From NCBI RefSeq assembly GCF_016432865.1, contig NC_067400.1:612808001-612872000 (forward strand): 64,000 nt of DNA, read 5' to 3'. The translations under genes were made by a program, and so were the position numbers. How positions within the stretch are numbered: the stretch's first letter is position 1; each line of letters opens with the position of its first letter. A model generated the notes under the pieces. The model searched no databases and was not told where the DNA came from. It worked only from the letters and a program-made list of their open reading frames with translations. The stretch is from Antechinus flavipes (taxonomy: Eukaryota). Positions 37,300-52,200 of the stretch are shown one piece after another.

Positions 37300-40200
37300 A
37301 GGGAAGTCAGGAGCTGAAGCGGAGAGGCAGAAGCGGGCCTCCAGCCCTCCCAGCCTCCCTGGGACTTGGGCCTCCGGCCCAGGGAGCTACCACCAGGGGA
37401 AGGTCCAGGGAATATTCTGGAGAAAGGAGCCTGGGAGAGGAAGGGGAAGAGTTCTCACCACCCAAGGCGTGCTCCGTCATGCTGAGGCAGAGAGACTCCA
37501 GCGTGGGGTTGATCTCCAGGTCTGGGCCCGGAACCTGGCAGTCTAAACAGGAAAGGGACACGTGTGAGGAGAGGACAGACAGAGGGCGGCAGCAGGACGC
37601 AGAAACAGAGCAGAGGCAAGGGCAGACCCTGAGACGGGACAGCGCCCACTAAAGTGCCCTCCAGGAGGAGCCAGTCTGTCACACATAGCTCCCTCTGCCC
37701 ATGCTTCCTTTTCCAAGGCAGCCTTCCTCATGGAAAGGTGGAGACCACTCCCTGGACAAAGCCGGCCAGCCTGGGGTTTGTTCTCAGCTCACCAAGCGGG
37801 AAGCCAGCATGGGGCAGAGCCTCTGTCCCAAGCTCCGTGGCCTGCTTGCTCACAAAGGCTTTGTTTACAGAAGGCCCAGGTCCCTGAGAATACACGCTGA
37901 GGTAAAAGGGACATCTCTAAGGTCCAAACCAGAGTGAAATTCTGGCCCCTGCATGTCCTACGTGGGCAACACAAGTCCAGCAGTGGATTCCCCACCCCCA
38001 CCTCCTTGCCTTTTTGATATACACATATATATACATACATATATACATATATATTTCTTAGGTTACACATGTACATTCAACTTTTCACATATTTCCATGA
38101 GTCATCATGTTGGGAGAGAAAAATCAGAAGGAAAGGGAAAACCCCGGAGAGAAAAAGGAACAGAAGAAAGAAAAGGGTGAAAATAGTACATGTGGATCGA
38201 CATTCAGTCTCCATCTGAATCCATCTCTCTCTGGATGTAACTGGCATTCTCCAAGAAAGTTTCTTGGGATTGCCTTGGAGCATGGAATTGCTGAGAAGAG
38301 CTAAACCTATCCCAGCCGACCATCACACAACGTTGTTGCCATTACAACACTCTCCTGTTCTGCCTACTTCTCTCAGCACCAGTTCACATCAGTCTTTCCA
38401 CCTTTTTCTATAATCATCCTGCTGATCATTTCTTATGGAACATTCATATAACATCACTTACAAAAAGGGCCGCCACAAACATTTTTGCACATGTGGGTCC
38501 TTTTCCTCCTTTAGGATCTCTTTGGGATACAGACCCAGTAGAGACACTGCAGCATCAAAGGGCACACACAGTTTGATTGCCCTTTGGGCATAGTTCCCTA
38601 TTGCTCTCCAGAATGGCTGGATGTATTCACAACAATGCATCAGTGTCCCAGTTTTCCCACATCCCCTCCAACATTGTGCATTATCTTTTCCTGACATCTC
38701 AGCCAATCTGAGGCATGTAGTGGTGTCTCAGAGTTGTCTGATCAATAGTGATTTAGAGCACCTTTTTTTTTCATATGAACATAGCTACCAGCACGTGCAT
38801 TTCACAGGCATAACCCAAAGCCAACCACCCTTTATTAAGTGCCTACAAGTGTGTCAAACTTGTGTACTGGGAAATTCACATTACCTTTCCTCTCCACTCA
38901 GGCTTATGAATATTCCTGTATTTTATGAGCAATGAGCTGGCATTTAACTCAGTGAACATCACCTATAAACTTAGGAGGCTTCACCTGACCATATTCTTTC
39001 TGAATCTTTTATTTATTCAGGCAGCTGGGTGATTCAAGGGTTAGAGCACCAGACCTGGAATAAGGAAGACCCGATTTCAAATCTGGCTTCAAACTCTCAG
39101 TTGTGTGATCCTGGCATAGTGCTTTCATCTCTGATTGCCTTAATCCACTGGGGAAGAAACTCTGAAATCTCTGAATCAAGAAAAACCCATGGCCAGTCGT
39201 GGCTTAGGTGATAACATCCATGGAGTCACAAAGAGTGGAAACAACGGAACACCGACAGGATCATCCCAGCACTGATCCAAGTCTCCAAGCCTTAACTGAG
39301 ACCTCACAGTGTACTCTAACCAGAGAAGTGGCCATTTCTTTGCCCTATTTCTTCTCCATTTCAAAATCAATCAATATTATGACAAACAGCCCACACCTCC
39401 CTAATTCCAGATGAAGCATTAAAAAAAGATGTCTCTTCGGAAATGAAACTCTGCTAACGGCTTTTGATGACATGAAGTTTACTTTCCTTTTGTTCTTTAA
39501 ATGTAGTCACAGAATCTCAAGTCAAAAAGGGACCTCTGAGGTCACAAAATCCACACCGCAATCTATAGCAATGCCATGATAGTTTTAATCTGACATGCAG
39601 AAGCAAAGATGAACACCAAAAGATTAAGACGCAACGAAAACGTGAGATCTCAAAATGCCAGGAGGCAAAGAGCAAACAAGAAAAAGAGGAAGGAAAGAGG
39701 AAGAGAAGAAAGTGGCACCAATCCCCGAACTGGAGAAGAAGAGCGCCGGAGCCCAGGTCCATGGAGAGGGAGGCTCACCTGGTGGGAACATGAGGAGAGC
39801 CTGGGGGGAGGAATGCACAGGGAGGGAGTGGGTGCGCTGCACGGAGCTCCGGCTCTGGCTGGGCATGCTGTTACTGCCTCCAGGGTTGGCAAACCACAGG
39901 TTCTGTAGGTGAGACGGTTGGGCGCAGAGAGACGGTGATAAGAGTGGGGAGGACCTCCTTCTCTGGAGCACTCCCCACCCGAAGTGAAGGTGACGCCTCC
40001 CCGAACTCCCCCTAGCCATACCTGTCGTCCTTGTCCCCCGAGACTAGGGCTGGTGAGGGCATGCCGAGGTGAGACGCCCCCAATGCCCGCGGGGCTCAGG
40101 ATGCCCATTCGGCTAGGCGGCAGGGCCCGAGGGGGCATCTGGAATTGGCGCTGGGCCCGTCGGGTCACTCCCATCCCCACAGAACCAGCTATGGGGAGCG

Positions 40201-43200
40201 AGTTGGAGCCAAAAGCCCAGCTGTTAAAACAGAAGGGTGAGGAGGTGAAAGGGAGTGACAGTCCTTGTCCTGCCTCCCACCCTGAAGAGGCCTGTGTGGC
40301 CCACCGTTTGGGAGGCTCAGCAGGAAGGGGCTGCGGTTGAATGCACCCCCAGCCAAGGCCACAAGTTAAAAGTAGAGCTGGGAGCTCTTGGCCACCTGCA
40401 GCGGTCTATGCTGGCACCCGTCAATGCTCTTGTGCAAGGGGCACGCTGGGAGCTGGGCCGGGGCTGGCCCTGCTCGTCTCTTACCCCTTCTGCTGCTGCC
40501 GGTAGTTCTGCATCTCTAGGGCAGCTTTTCTGGGAAAGGTTCGGAGCAGCTTGAGGACCTGCTGTTTCCAGGACAGCAGGCGTTTCTTCTGTGTCTCGGT
40601 GAAAGCCTGGGGGGAAGGGAGCAGGTGAGCGGCTGGCCAGGAGCTGGGGGGGAGCCCCAGGGGAATACTGGGGAGGCCTCACCTCATGTGTCAGGCACTT
40701 TTCGATGAGCTGGAGGTAACTGGTAATGTTTTCCTCATCTGGCCGGGACACCAGCAGCTGGGTGCACACTGCTCGGAGAGGGAGGAAGGGGAAGAACTGA
40801 GGGGGGGCCCTGTCTGCACTGGGACTCAAGGGGAGCAGACAGGCCCACTCCAAGAGACTTGTGCCGGCACGTGGCCTTGCAGCAGGATGGCAGGGGAGCG
40901 GGCCAGAGACACTCACTCCAGGAGGAAGCTCCCGGCTACGCTCCAGGCTCTGGACAACTCCCAGGTCCTCATGCTTTCATCCCCGCCCCCCTGCGGCCCC
41001 CAAGACAGAAACTCTCAGCCGCATGTCTGTGAGCCCCAATACCAGGACTCTACCTGCTCTCCATTCAATAGCACAAGGCGATCCAATCACCTCCACCCTA
41101 AGCGGTCACTACCAAAGCAAAGAGGAAGTGAGTCCCTGACCTCAGGGAGCACCCCGTGTACGGGGAAGACGAGCCCAAACAAACAGAGCAGAGGGCACAG
41201 GGGAAGCTTCAAAAGTACAAAGGACCCTGTGTGGGAAGGGACTGATCTAGCCCTGCCCCTGCAGCATCCTTGGCCCTGCCCTAGATTCAGTAACATGAGT
41301 CAAGGGGGGCAGGCAGCAGGGCCCCAGTTTTCATCTCTGTTCCCTCACTCCCAGCCTTGGGCCCCGTGCTCTGGAAGGTTGATAGCTCAGATGGTACCCA
41401 GGAGGAGGTCTTCACCTTTGCCCATCACTCGGGTAAACTGGCTGGGGAGGTCTCCATCGGCGACGGGGGCTGTGGCCGGCTCGCTGCCATCACTGGGGGC
41501 GGGGGCCGGCTGGGGGGGATAGCTTTCTGCTGGGGGATCCTTGGCCTCCGGGTTCTTCTCCGGGCCGGGGCGAGCTGGGGGGGGCTCGGCGCCCAGCGGC
41601 GGCTCCCCCCTTCCCCCCTCCTTGGCAGCAGCCACCACAGCTGCCTGTAGGATGCTGTAGGCCTTGATAGGTGTGACGATGATCTGCTGGAGCTCCTGTA
41701 ATGCATTCCTCAGGTTCCCACCTTCCAGGACATCCTGGGGATGGGTCAGAAAGGGCGTCAGGAAGCACAGTGAGAGCCCAGGTGAGACAGAAAGAACTCC
41801 AAGGATCCCAAGGCCCCAGACTTAACACGCATTCGAGGGCCTCCTCCTCGCCTGTCTAGAACCTGTGACTCTGGACCTACTCTTCCTTTCTTTCTCTCCC
41901 CCACAGACACAGCCTGACCCGGATAGCTAGGGGCTTAATAACGTCTCAGGTGGGAGGTCTCTCGGGTGCCCCCTACAGGGCTCTGGGCTCCTAGGGTCCT
42001 GAACCTTAAAGCCAAAAGTGCTGAGTCTGAAGACCTAAGTCCCCAACCTGGCAGGGCCTTCAGGTGCCCCGCCCCCACTCCGAGTCGTCACCTTCTCCAG
42101 GGACTTGAGGACACTCTGCCTCTCACGCAGCTTCTGGATGCTCAGGGCAATCTTGTGACGGGCACCTTTGGTCACGTTCTGTGTAGGGAGGAGGAAGTCT
42201 CAGAGGAACCCAGAGAGGGCCTCCCGGGCTCCCGCAGAGCCAGAGTTGAGGAGGAGGGTCTGGAATGGGCCGGGGCTTCCCTGAAATGCCTTTAGAGGCC
42301 CCGCCAGAGGCTGGGCCGGAGCCCAGGACCTTCAGAGTCAGCAGAGGAGAGGCTGCTTCGGGATCTCTCTGGTGCTGGCAGAACAAGGTGGGGGCTCACC
42401 TGAGATTCCAGATGCTGCTCTGTCAGGGTCATCATCTCCTCGTAGCTCATCTGGGAGAAGAGGGCTGCGTACTTGTGTAAGCGAAGACTCTTGAGCCACA
42501 ATGGCACATCTGTGGAGGGAAGACGAGGGGTCCCATCTCCTGTGGGTGGCCCTTTACGCCACCTGACTGCCTACGTCAGGGAGACTCTCCCTGCTCTGCT
42601 TTATGACTCACGTCCTCCCCTCAAATTCACCCCTTTGTTTTTGTCTTTGCATACAAAGAGGGAAACACATGGCTGGCTCCCGGATCAAGTGGGAGCTCCC
42701 TGCGGGCAGGCCCTGTTTTAGCTTTGTGTACCCCCCAGAGCTGAGGACGGAGCCTGGGACTCAGGAAGGACGTCCTAAGTGACTGAAGATGAGGTCCTTT
42801 GCTGCTACGTGCTTTGCTTTGGGAGTCTGCAGGGTAGGAGAGGCAGGACCAGGAGGGCCATTTCTATCTCTGAGTGAGGTCTCCCCCACCCCTATCCCCA
42901 ATAAACAGGGGCCCAGCCTTTCCGAAGGCCACATTCTCTGAAGAGCCCAGGCTCCGCTTCTCCCAGTTTTATTTTTTCCATGAGTAGCCTGGCATTTCCC
43001 CGGGTTTCTCTAAGAATTCCATGGCTCTGGCTATCCTGCCTGCCAAGGGGGCCGGGCCGGCTAAAGGAAGGAGGTCTACTCCATTTCCTTTTCCTGGAGC
43101 CAGCAAAGGTAGAGTGCTCCCCACCAGACTTCCCAGCTCACCTTTCATACCACTACCATCCTCCTGAAAAGTGTTCCGGCTGGAGCCCTGCTCCTCCGTC

Positions 43201-46200
43201 TGCTCGCTGCCTGAGGAAGCCACGCTGCTCTGGGGTGAGAGGGGCGCGTGGTCGGGTGGGGCAAAGGCGGCTCTTGCCCCCAGTTCCTCTGGGCTCAGCC
43301 ATTCACCAGGGCCCTGTGGGCTCGTGGGGATGAGCGACATGGACCGCTTCAGCGGGCTTGGATGGATTTGGCAGGGGAGGCCTAGGGAAGAAGTGCAGTG
43401 GGGAGAAGGGGGTCAGCCTCCTAGAGCTTGGGTGCTGGGAAGCCCAGCCACCACCCCAGGCAATCACCCTACAGTGCTAGCAGTGCTATTCCAGTTCAGT
43501 CCACCATCCTCTCCCATCCATCATCACACTTGACCTTCACAGGAGCCTGCGAGTTGCAGGTTGGCCAAGTGTTGTTATACCCTTGTCCCAAACGAGGAAA
43601 CTGAGGCACAGAAAGTTGACTTGCCTAAGGCAGAGGGAAGACTGAACCCCACATCTTCTAACTCCCAGCTCAGCAGAGCTCCCAGAAGCCATGTGCAGGC
43701 AGACCTAATCCTCAAGAGCCCCTGGGGTTGCTCAGCTCTGGGGGGCCAGGGGCACCGCGGGGCCTGGCTCTGGATGCTCTCACACAGCAGGCTGTGCTCA
43801 AGCATCTCTGCAGATGGAAGCACTAACCTGATGCTAACTCAGAGGCCTGAGTAGTCGCTAGGCATCTGCTGCCGGCTTTTCACTTTATGAATAAAATTCT
43901 AACCTTGCCTCCTTTTTCCAGGCCCTTTCATCTCATCCTTTGTATCTTCCTTCTCTGCAGGAGAACCCTGAAGTCCAGGCTCCCCTATTCCCGGCTTCTG
44001 CCCCCTCAGGCATAATGAGTTCTCAAAGAGGAAGATGCTAGACAGATCCCAGGCCAGGGGAGGGCAAGGTTTCCAGGATCTTGAATGGAGCGGAATGGGA
44101 ACATGGGAGAAGATGCTTGACACTGGCAGGGAAAACTCTCTTCAGAACAAAGTCGTGACACCCTTCAGCCCCATTTTCCACCTGCCTGTGGTGTCCAGTC
44201 TCCTCTGCCCCCATGAACACAGGCCCCTCCCCATCTCCCTCCCCATATCCCAGGACCATTTAGGGGTGGGGAGGACAAAGGAAGGAAGGCTAGAGCAGTA
44301 AGGCCGGGATGGAAGAAAGTGAGAGATGGGAGTGAACATTCTGTCCCTACACAAGACCTGAGAGTGACCAGAGAATAAAAAGAATACAAATCCTCTCACC
44401 AAGAGCTTTAAACTTTTCATCAAACTCCTGTCTCTTTCCCACCTCCAGTTTATCCCGCACATCTGACAGGATAATTTTCTTTAAATACTGCTTTTACTAC
44501 ATTACTCCTCTGCTCAAGAAACCATGGAAGATTCTAATTTCCTGCTGCATCAAGACAAACTTGCTCCTCCTAACCGTTAAGGTCTGGCCCTCAACCTACC
44601 TAACGCAGTCTTCAGTTCCCCAAAGGAAACCCTCCACTCATTTCTGTCTCCTCTCACGCCAAGCCTTCCCCTCTCCTTCCCACTGCACCCATTCCTCCAA
44701 TCCTTCCAGGAACTCTTCTCAGACTGTTCCCGAGCAGGCCCCCTGGCACTTAACAAGACCGGGTGACCCGCACAGCCAGGCTTTGCTCGGCCACCACCGT
44801 GTGACTGCAGGCAAAGCACTGCTCCCCAGTTTCTCACTGGAAGGTAAAAGGCAGGCCTCAAGATCTCTACACCTCCATCTCCTGCAACCAGTCTGTGACG
44901 CCTTTGTTTCAGTGCACTGGGGCTGGGAGCTGGAACTGCATCCGAAGGGCTCCCCACCAGGCTCAGGCCAGGCCCTGGACCCGCAGCTGCTAAAGGGTGG
45001 CCGTGGGCCGGGCCTCACCTGCATTTGCGTTGCTCCCAATACTGTTGATGGTGGATGGCACCGCACCAGAAGGGTGGAAGGGCACATGTCCGTTTTCTCG
45101 TGGCGGCTTGTCCTGCCAGCCGGGCCCGAGCTCGCCAGGGCCAGCCTCCCCGGGGCCACCCCACTCATCTGAGCCCTGGCGGGAGTGGTAGGCCGTCTCT
45201 GCGCGGGTCCGGAAGCCCCCGGCCAGCCGTTCCTCAAGGTGGCTGAGCCAGAGGGCTAGCGAGTTTCGGTCCTCCAGTGTGGTGGCCGGGTGGATGAGGG
45301 CGTAGGACAGCAACTGCCGACTCTCCTCAATGAAGGCGTTGTTCTCAATGGAATAGGCCAGCACCTTCTGCAGCAGCTTCATATACTCAGACTTGGCCTC
45401 TGTGTTGCCGGGCTGGAGCAGGGGCAGATGGGACAACAAGAGGGAGACTACCTTCTCTTTGGACTCTTGCTGCCATTGGTTGATGATGGCTGAGGAGAAA
45501 AGGCAAACAGAGGAGTAGGTGAAGGGCTCATGGTGAAGGATCCTGGGAAAGGCGATGGGAAGTCTGCTAATTTCTGGATTCTGGCTCCATCTCCGAGCCT
45601 CTCATCCCCACAGCACGACCTATGCTTTTCCTTCTCCCCGCCAAAACCCTATCCTCCCACAGGCCCCTCTTCTAACCCTTCTACACTCGCCTAGGCCTCC
45701 TCCTCCTCCCAGCCACATGACTCTTACCACTAGATCACCGCTTTCCCATTCAATCCCACCTCCTCAATTTGAAGAGGAGAGCAGGGCACAGAGGCAACTT
45801 CTTGACTCCAAATCCACCCCTGCATCTTCCCTGCATCCCTAGGCTTGCCTTCCTCTCCCAATTCACCTGGCAGAGAGGCTCCTCCTCAGACAGCTGTGGG
45901 GTGCCCTCTCTGCCATGGACGTCATGGCCAGTCCCAACCACATATTTCTCAAGCCTGGGATCCCAGGCTTCTTTCCCACTGCCCCCCTTTGGAAGCCCCA
46001 GAGGAGGCAGCTCAGCATTTCCTAAAGCACTGTTCTAGGAGCTCTTTCCCTCCACATAGCTCACCTCTGCCGGGAAGTTTTCTCCAATCATCTTTGTCCA
46101 CAATGACCCCAACCTCTGAGCAACTGAAATAAGCAGGCCTTATCCAGAGTCCAGCCTCCCCACTTCTCTATCGGTGTGACCCATCTCCTTACTTGGAAGA

Positions 46201-49200
46201 GGCTTAGGGGAAGAAGCTACCCCTGCCCCAATGGGGAGGGGGAAGGGGCAGAGAGTCCCCCTCCCCAAACCTGTTAACAGACCTCCTTTCAGTTTTTTTT
46301 TTGGTCATTTCCTTTTAGCCAAACTTAGCAAATAGAGCCCCCTCAGGAAAGGGGACAAATGCCATTTCACTGGCAACACCATCCCCCTTGGTATTTTTCA
46401 GAAAGCAGCGACAAGGACCCGGAAAACTGTCGATCTGGGCCTGCAACTCTCAAGGGCTCCAGGCACATCTACAGCATTTCCCAGGCAGCTGTACTCTGGT
46501 ATTAATTCAGAAATACTGAAAATCAAGGAGGGCCAGGGGAATGGACCTGCTGTCCTGACCTCCTAGACACAGGCAGAGGAGTTAAGTCTCTGGGTAGAAC
46601 CATAACCCTGCCTTTCCCCTCTACCATTCTCCCCCCCCCCCCCCCCCCCCCCCCAGGTTAATAACCATCTTCCATTTACAAAGAAACAGACCAACCCAAG
46701 AGGTGCATCAAGTTTGCCCGCTGAGTGTGCAACACAGAAGGGGAATGGAATCTTGCCAATTACAACAGGAGGCCAGCATCTGAAGAATCGAAGTGCCCCG
46801 ATCTCCGGGTCTCTGGAGAGCCCAAATAGTCCTATACTCTGCCTGAATTCCCCCCTTGTCTCCAAACCCCCAACCCCCACAGTGAATTCTCAAAAGGAGC
46901 TTTTTCCCCCAACTTTAGGGCCTTCCAACTTGCTTCTTGCCTTGCCTCCCCATTCCCCATTCCTGTCCTCTCCCTCCTTCCTGCCCATCAGCCATGGCCA
47001 GTATCCACTGTCTGGACCTCACATGACCTCAAAAACACTCAGGCCTCAGGCCTGCAATCTTTCAAAGAGGAACAAATGGCCAAACTTCATTTTTGGCCCA
47101 GGACATCCCCAAATACCACAAACTTTCCTCAATCGCAGCTTTGGGGTCAGTCATTCAGAAATTGAGCTGAATTCTTCCCGAACTCCCAGATTCTGCAGCC
47201 TGCACTCCCTCTTGGGGATAGCTAATACGGGACAGATAATAGATTTAGAGCTTAGACGGGACCTCAGAGGTAATTGGAGAGCCTGACGCTACACAACGAG
47301 CAGCAGCAAGGTCTTCTAGACTCAGAGCCCCATTCCATGTCACCCAAAAAGCTCCTTACTCGGACCCCACCGTGGTCTCCTAGTACTGGGGCAGAGGAAG
47401 TTCAATGACTTGCCTGGGGTCACATGGCCAGGGAGGCAGAGAGGAAATGGAAGGAAGCTCCAATCTCCCATCAACCTCTAACCTCCCCCCTCCCCCTCCC
47501 ACAACCTCCCTGGATTAAAGAGGTGCTTTTATTCGGCCTAAGCCTACTTAACCCTTGACCCGATTGTGGAGTGGAGGCAAAGCCTAATTTTAGCACCAGG
47601 GACTCCAACAACTGATCAGACAAAATGAGGGCGTCAAGTCCACAGCATGGGCTCACACTAAGAGGCCTGGAACTCTCCTGAAGCCCAGCTCTTCCTACTC
47701 AACCTCTGTCTTCCGAGAGACTCAAAAACTTCAACCTTTCAATCTGTCAATCTCCTTCCCCTCCCCCAAGCTTGTGGACACAAAAAGTCTGAGACAAATG
47801 ACAAGACCTGGACCCAGGAGGCTGGGCACAGATGCCCCCTGGTTTAGGATAAAGGAAAGGAGACTTTGTTTCCCTCCCAATCCCTGTCCTGAACTCCTCA
47901 CCCTCCCTCCCACCTCAGTCCTTATACCTGATTTTGAGACTCAAACCACACTCCCTCATGGAATCCTGGGAGGGGCCATCCCTAAGCCTCTCTGGTTCCC
48001 TCCCTCCCCTCATCATTGGAAAATCTGTCAGGGAGGTTTTCACGCGTGGCTTCCCACACCCAGCCAAGGGCTCTATTCTCACTGACATCTGGTTAGACCT
48101 CAAGAGGAGCAGAGGTCTCTGGGCTGCTGTGCATAGCTCCCTGCTGGGGCCTCCAGGAGACGCAGCCTCTGGGGGGTACAGCCAGAAAGGAAATACTGCC
48201 CAAGGGAGGCGTGTGCTTCAATGAGGGACCTTGTTCTGCTCTGGAGAAAGGCAGGAGTTGTTTCTGACGCAGAGTCTCACATGGGGGGTGGGACCCGACA
48301 CAGAATCAGCAGATGCCTAAGAAACAGCAACACCCAGGAACTTGGATGGGGGCCCTCGAGAAGCTACCCCCGTTGAGACGATGGATAATGGGTCGGAACT
48401 GTTCTGTCAGGGTCACCTATAACAAAACTAGGCCTTCAGCAGAGCAGGTACCTGTGAGGCTGTACACAATGGTGGGGACCTACCCAGGAGGGTAATGCAT
48501 TCTGGGACTTCACTCCTTATTCTGAGACTCCCCCCACCCATCCTAGAAAAAGCAGACCTTGTTTGTGGGAGACCCTGTGGAGAACATAATGTACCTGGTC
48601 CCTTCCCCATCCGAGGATGACGAACCAATTTGGATCTCACAAATTTGTTATTTTGGGGGTCCTCTAAAGGCAGACTTGACCCCAGGGGTACAGAGGGAGG
48701 AAGGGAGAGCACCATGTTCTGTCCCCATCTCTCATGAAGCCACAAGTATTGATGAAGAAGGGGGTGGAGGTAGGGCTTGGACAGGAAGAAGGGCTGGTCC
48801 TGGCAGGGGTGGCGAGTGGGCAGGCCCCATACGGAGGTGGCAACAGCAAGAAGAGGGCCAACTAGAGCTAAGTAGGGCACGACCCTGAGGCTTGGCAGCT
48901 TTCGGGGGCCAAATATATCTTTGAGGCTCTGATGAAGCCAAACCCATTTTTATATCCCTTACTGTTGCAATCGTGTTGGGCAGCTGCCAGAGGGGCTGAG
49001 GTTTGGCTGAGAACAACTGCCCATTCCCCATGCTCCAGCCATTGCTGTTTGGGGGAGAAGGGGGAGGAGTGAGGGGAAATAGGACAAGAGGGAGGCTCAC
49101 ATTTTTGTATAATGAAGTGGACTGAAGGAACTCATGAAAGAACAGCATTGCTGGGCTCACTCTGACGGGAAAAGGAGAAAGATGAAGTTTCCCCAAACTC

Positions 49201-52200
49201 CACCCCAGGGTGGATAGTGTATGTGTGTGTGGGTGATGATCTGGCTGGGGAGCAGGTCCCTGATCTAGTGACTCACTGTCCCTTTCCTGACCTCAGTTTC
49301 CCCACCCAGACTGAGCTAGAGTGAAGCAGAACAGGAAGGCAGAAAGGAAGGTAAATAGAACTATCCTAAGCTAGAGGTAGGTTTGTTTGTTTGTTTGTTT
49401 GTTTTCAGAAAGGGAGTGGGGGAGGGAGGGCAGGGAGAGGACAGTCTCTGATTCACAGAACTCAATACAGGCAGGAGGCATGCTGGGAGTGTTGCTCAGG
49501 GAACTTCAGGGGCAAGAAATGAAGTCCAGTTCATGTCTCCCCAGGCTCCTCCCCCATCCTGGAGCCAGAGACATCCCCGTCCAAGTCTGCCTGGCTCTGA
49601 CCCTCCAAGAAGGCCTAAATTTATGTCATTTGCTCACAGCTGGATCATAGCTGGGAAGACAGAACAGGAGTAGAGAAGGAAAAGGAAAAGGGATGAAGCT
49701 ACTAACTCCCAGATCCTCAGACCATCTGTATCTTCCCACTTCTTGATATTGAGATACCTCCATGAAGATGCTATGAAACCAGCTCTCATTCCCAGGGCAA
49801 AATAGGAGTTGGCCAAAGTTTCCTCAGATTCTCAAGAGAAAAGGAGTTGACCTCTGCCTATTCCCCTGGACTCCAGAGCAGGGTGCAGTCTATCAAGCTT
49901 CCTTAGTGGGAACCCTTCCTTCTAGGTACAAACTCACACAGATAGATCCTGACAGGTCTAACCAAATGGACTTAGCCTGAAGCCCATGAACACCTTTTTT
50001 TTTTTTTTAAAATACTGGATAACTGTTTGTTACCTTTGTAATCTTAGGCATTTTATATTATGCTTAAAGGTAGCAGTGAACCACAGCTATGGACTTGAAG
50101 TCAAGATTTGGGTGCAAATGCAGCCCCAGACATTTCTTAGCTGTGTGACACTGGCTTAAGTTGATTCACCTCTGCCTGCCTCAGTTTCCTCCTTTGTAAA
50201 GTGGGGCTATTAAATGCTCCTACCTCCTGGGACTGTTGTAAGAATCAAATGAAATAATATTTGTAAAACTTTTAGCACAGTTCTCGGCATATAGTAGGTG
50301 CTTTATAAAAGCTTATTCCTTCATCTTTCCTTCCATTCTGATAATGGATACGTGGGTTTCACCAGACTGCCAAAGGGGACCTCTTGACACAAAGAACAAA
50401 GGTTGGACAGGAGTGTTCTCCATTCCTGAGTTGATCATATAACACCCTCACTTCGTTCCTATGAAGGAAGCACCCTGGATTCTACCCAACAGTGCCTTCT
50501 GCCTATGCCAGGGGAATGCCAGAGCACTGTAGCAACAGCTCCAATTTTAGGGTATAAACTTAGAGGGTCTGGGAGTCCCTTGATGGACGAACACCCATAG
50601 GCGTAGTGTACAAAAAGACAAACTCCATTTTATCCTCCTACATGAAATCCTGGGCAGGTCCTCATGGACTTCACCAACACATTTCCCAAAACCATGACGA
50701 GAGGATCATGGGGTTCTTGCCATTTGGTCTGAGGCCTAAGGGCCCCTGTGTCCATTCGAAGGACACAGTTTCATTTACCTCCTGAGGTTGACATTCTAGG
50801 CCCTCCAACAATCTATCTTCTCAGACTTGCACCCTTTTCTCTACGGGTGACTTTTATGCAGACCCAGATTGCCCTGTATCAGATGACGGCCATCCCAGTC
50901 TCTTCCTTTCTCTTTCTCCTTCAGGACTAGCCCACCCCCAGAGACCCTCTCTGCTCTTTACTGCACTGGGCAGAACATGGGCGAGGCCTCTGACTTAACT
51001 AAACAGGCCAGTCTCTGCTACCATTTTTTTGAAGGAATCCTGGCTTTCCAATGATCTATTATTCTTTTTGTTATCTCTTTGCAGCCACAGGCATTCGGCT
51101 AAGTTAGGAGAAGCCCCGGGAGGAGGTTTTGTGGTTGTTCAGTCCCCTCTGACTCCTCTCTGCAGCCCCATTCTGATTTTCTCAGCAGATACTGGAAGGG
51201 TTGGCCATTTCCTTCTCCAGTACGTTTTACCGATGAGGCAGACAATGACTTGCCCAGGGTCACCCAGCTAATAAGTCTGAGGCTGTGTTTGAACTCGGCG
51301 AGATGAGTCTCCCTGCCTCCATGCCCAGTGCTCTGGGCTTGGCTCCAGAGGGGAAGCAGACAGTAACAGAGCCCTCTAAGGCTCACAAAGGACTTCAAAC
51401 CCAATATCCCTTCTAATACCCACAGGCCCCCAGGGACAGAGACCCTTCAGGACTCCTCATTGTCCCCATTTTATCGCTGATGTGAAAAGAGAGGCTGAAT
51501 GAGTTATCTAACACGGCAGGGGCAGAATTCTCTCTCAGAGCACTCTCCTTGCCTCCAGACCTGACTCCTGGGTTAGCTGGGCAGGGGTGGACTACATCCC
51601 TCCACATCAACAGCCAGAAGCTGGTCTGACTGGGACCTTCTGTCCCTCTTTCCTTTTCCATAAACCATAGATTAAAAAGCCCAAACACTCTAGCATCCAG
51701 AGCTCAAAAATGGGGGGGAGGGGGGGAGAGGGAGAGGGGGGAGAAAGGGAGAGTCCAAGGGGAAACAGGGAGAAGGAAGACTGAAGAGAGAGCTAGGAGC
51801 CCCTTTCTGGGGCCAAATCTTTGTAAGGTGGCAAGAGAAAGGAGACTGAGGTCAGGATGACTAGGTGTTGTTACCAGTCACCTCCTCAGGTAAAGTTCTT
51901 CCCCCTCAGCCCCTACTGCCTTCCATGACCATAAATCTCCACTGGTACCCGGCCTCTATATGCCCTGAGCCTTGGGACCTCTTTGTGTCCCAATCTCCCT
52001 CAACCGCTTGTCCTAGCTGGTAGAAGTCCTGGCAGGCACCTCAGTGGTGACCTGGAAATCCACTGGTTGGTGCCCAGGCCTAGGGACACCTCGCCATGCT
52101 CTTCCTGAGTCACATGCCAGACCCCAATGTCTGTTCCAGTCCTGGAGTCTATGATTCCATTTTGTGGTCATGTGCCTCATTTCTAGCCTGAGACTGATCA

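Noticed and set aside
46714-47286. 190-aa plus-strand ORF in a SAMD4B intron
   Set aside because: TTG start, P/S/L-rich with no family motif, antisense and intronic; consistent with chance.
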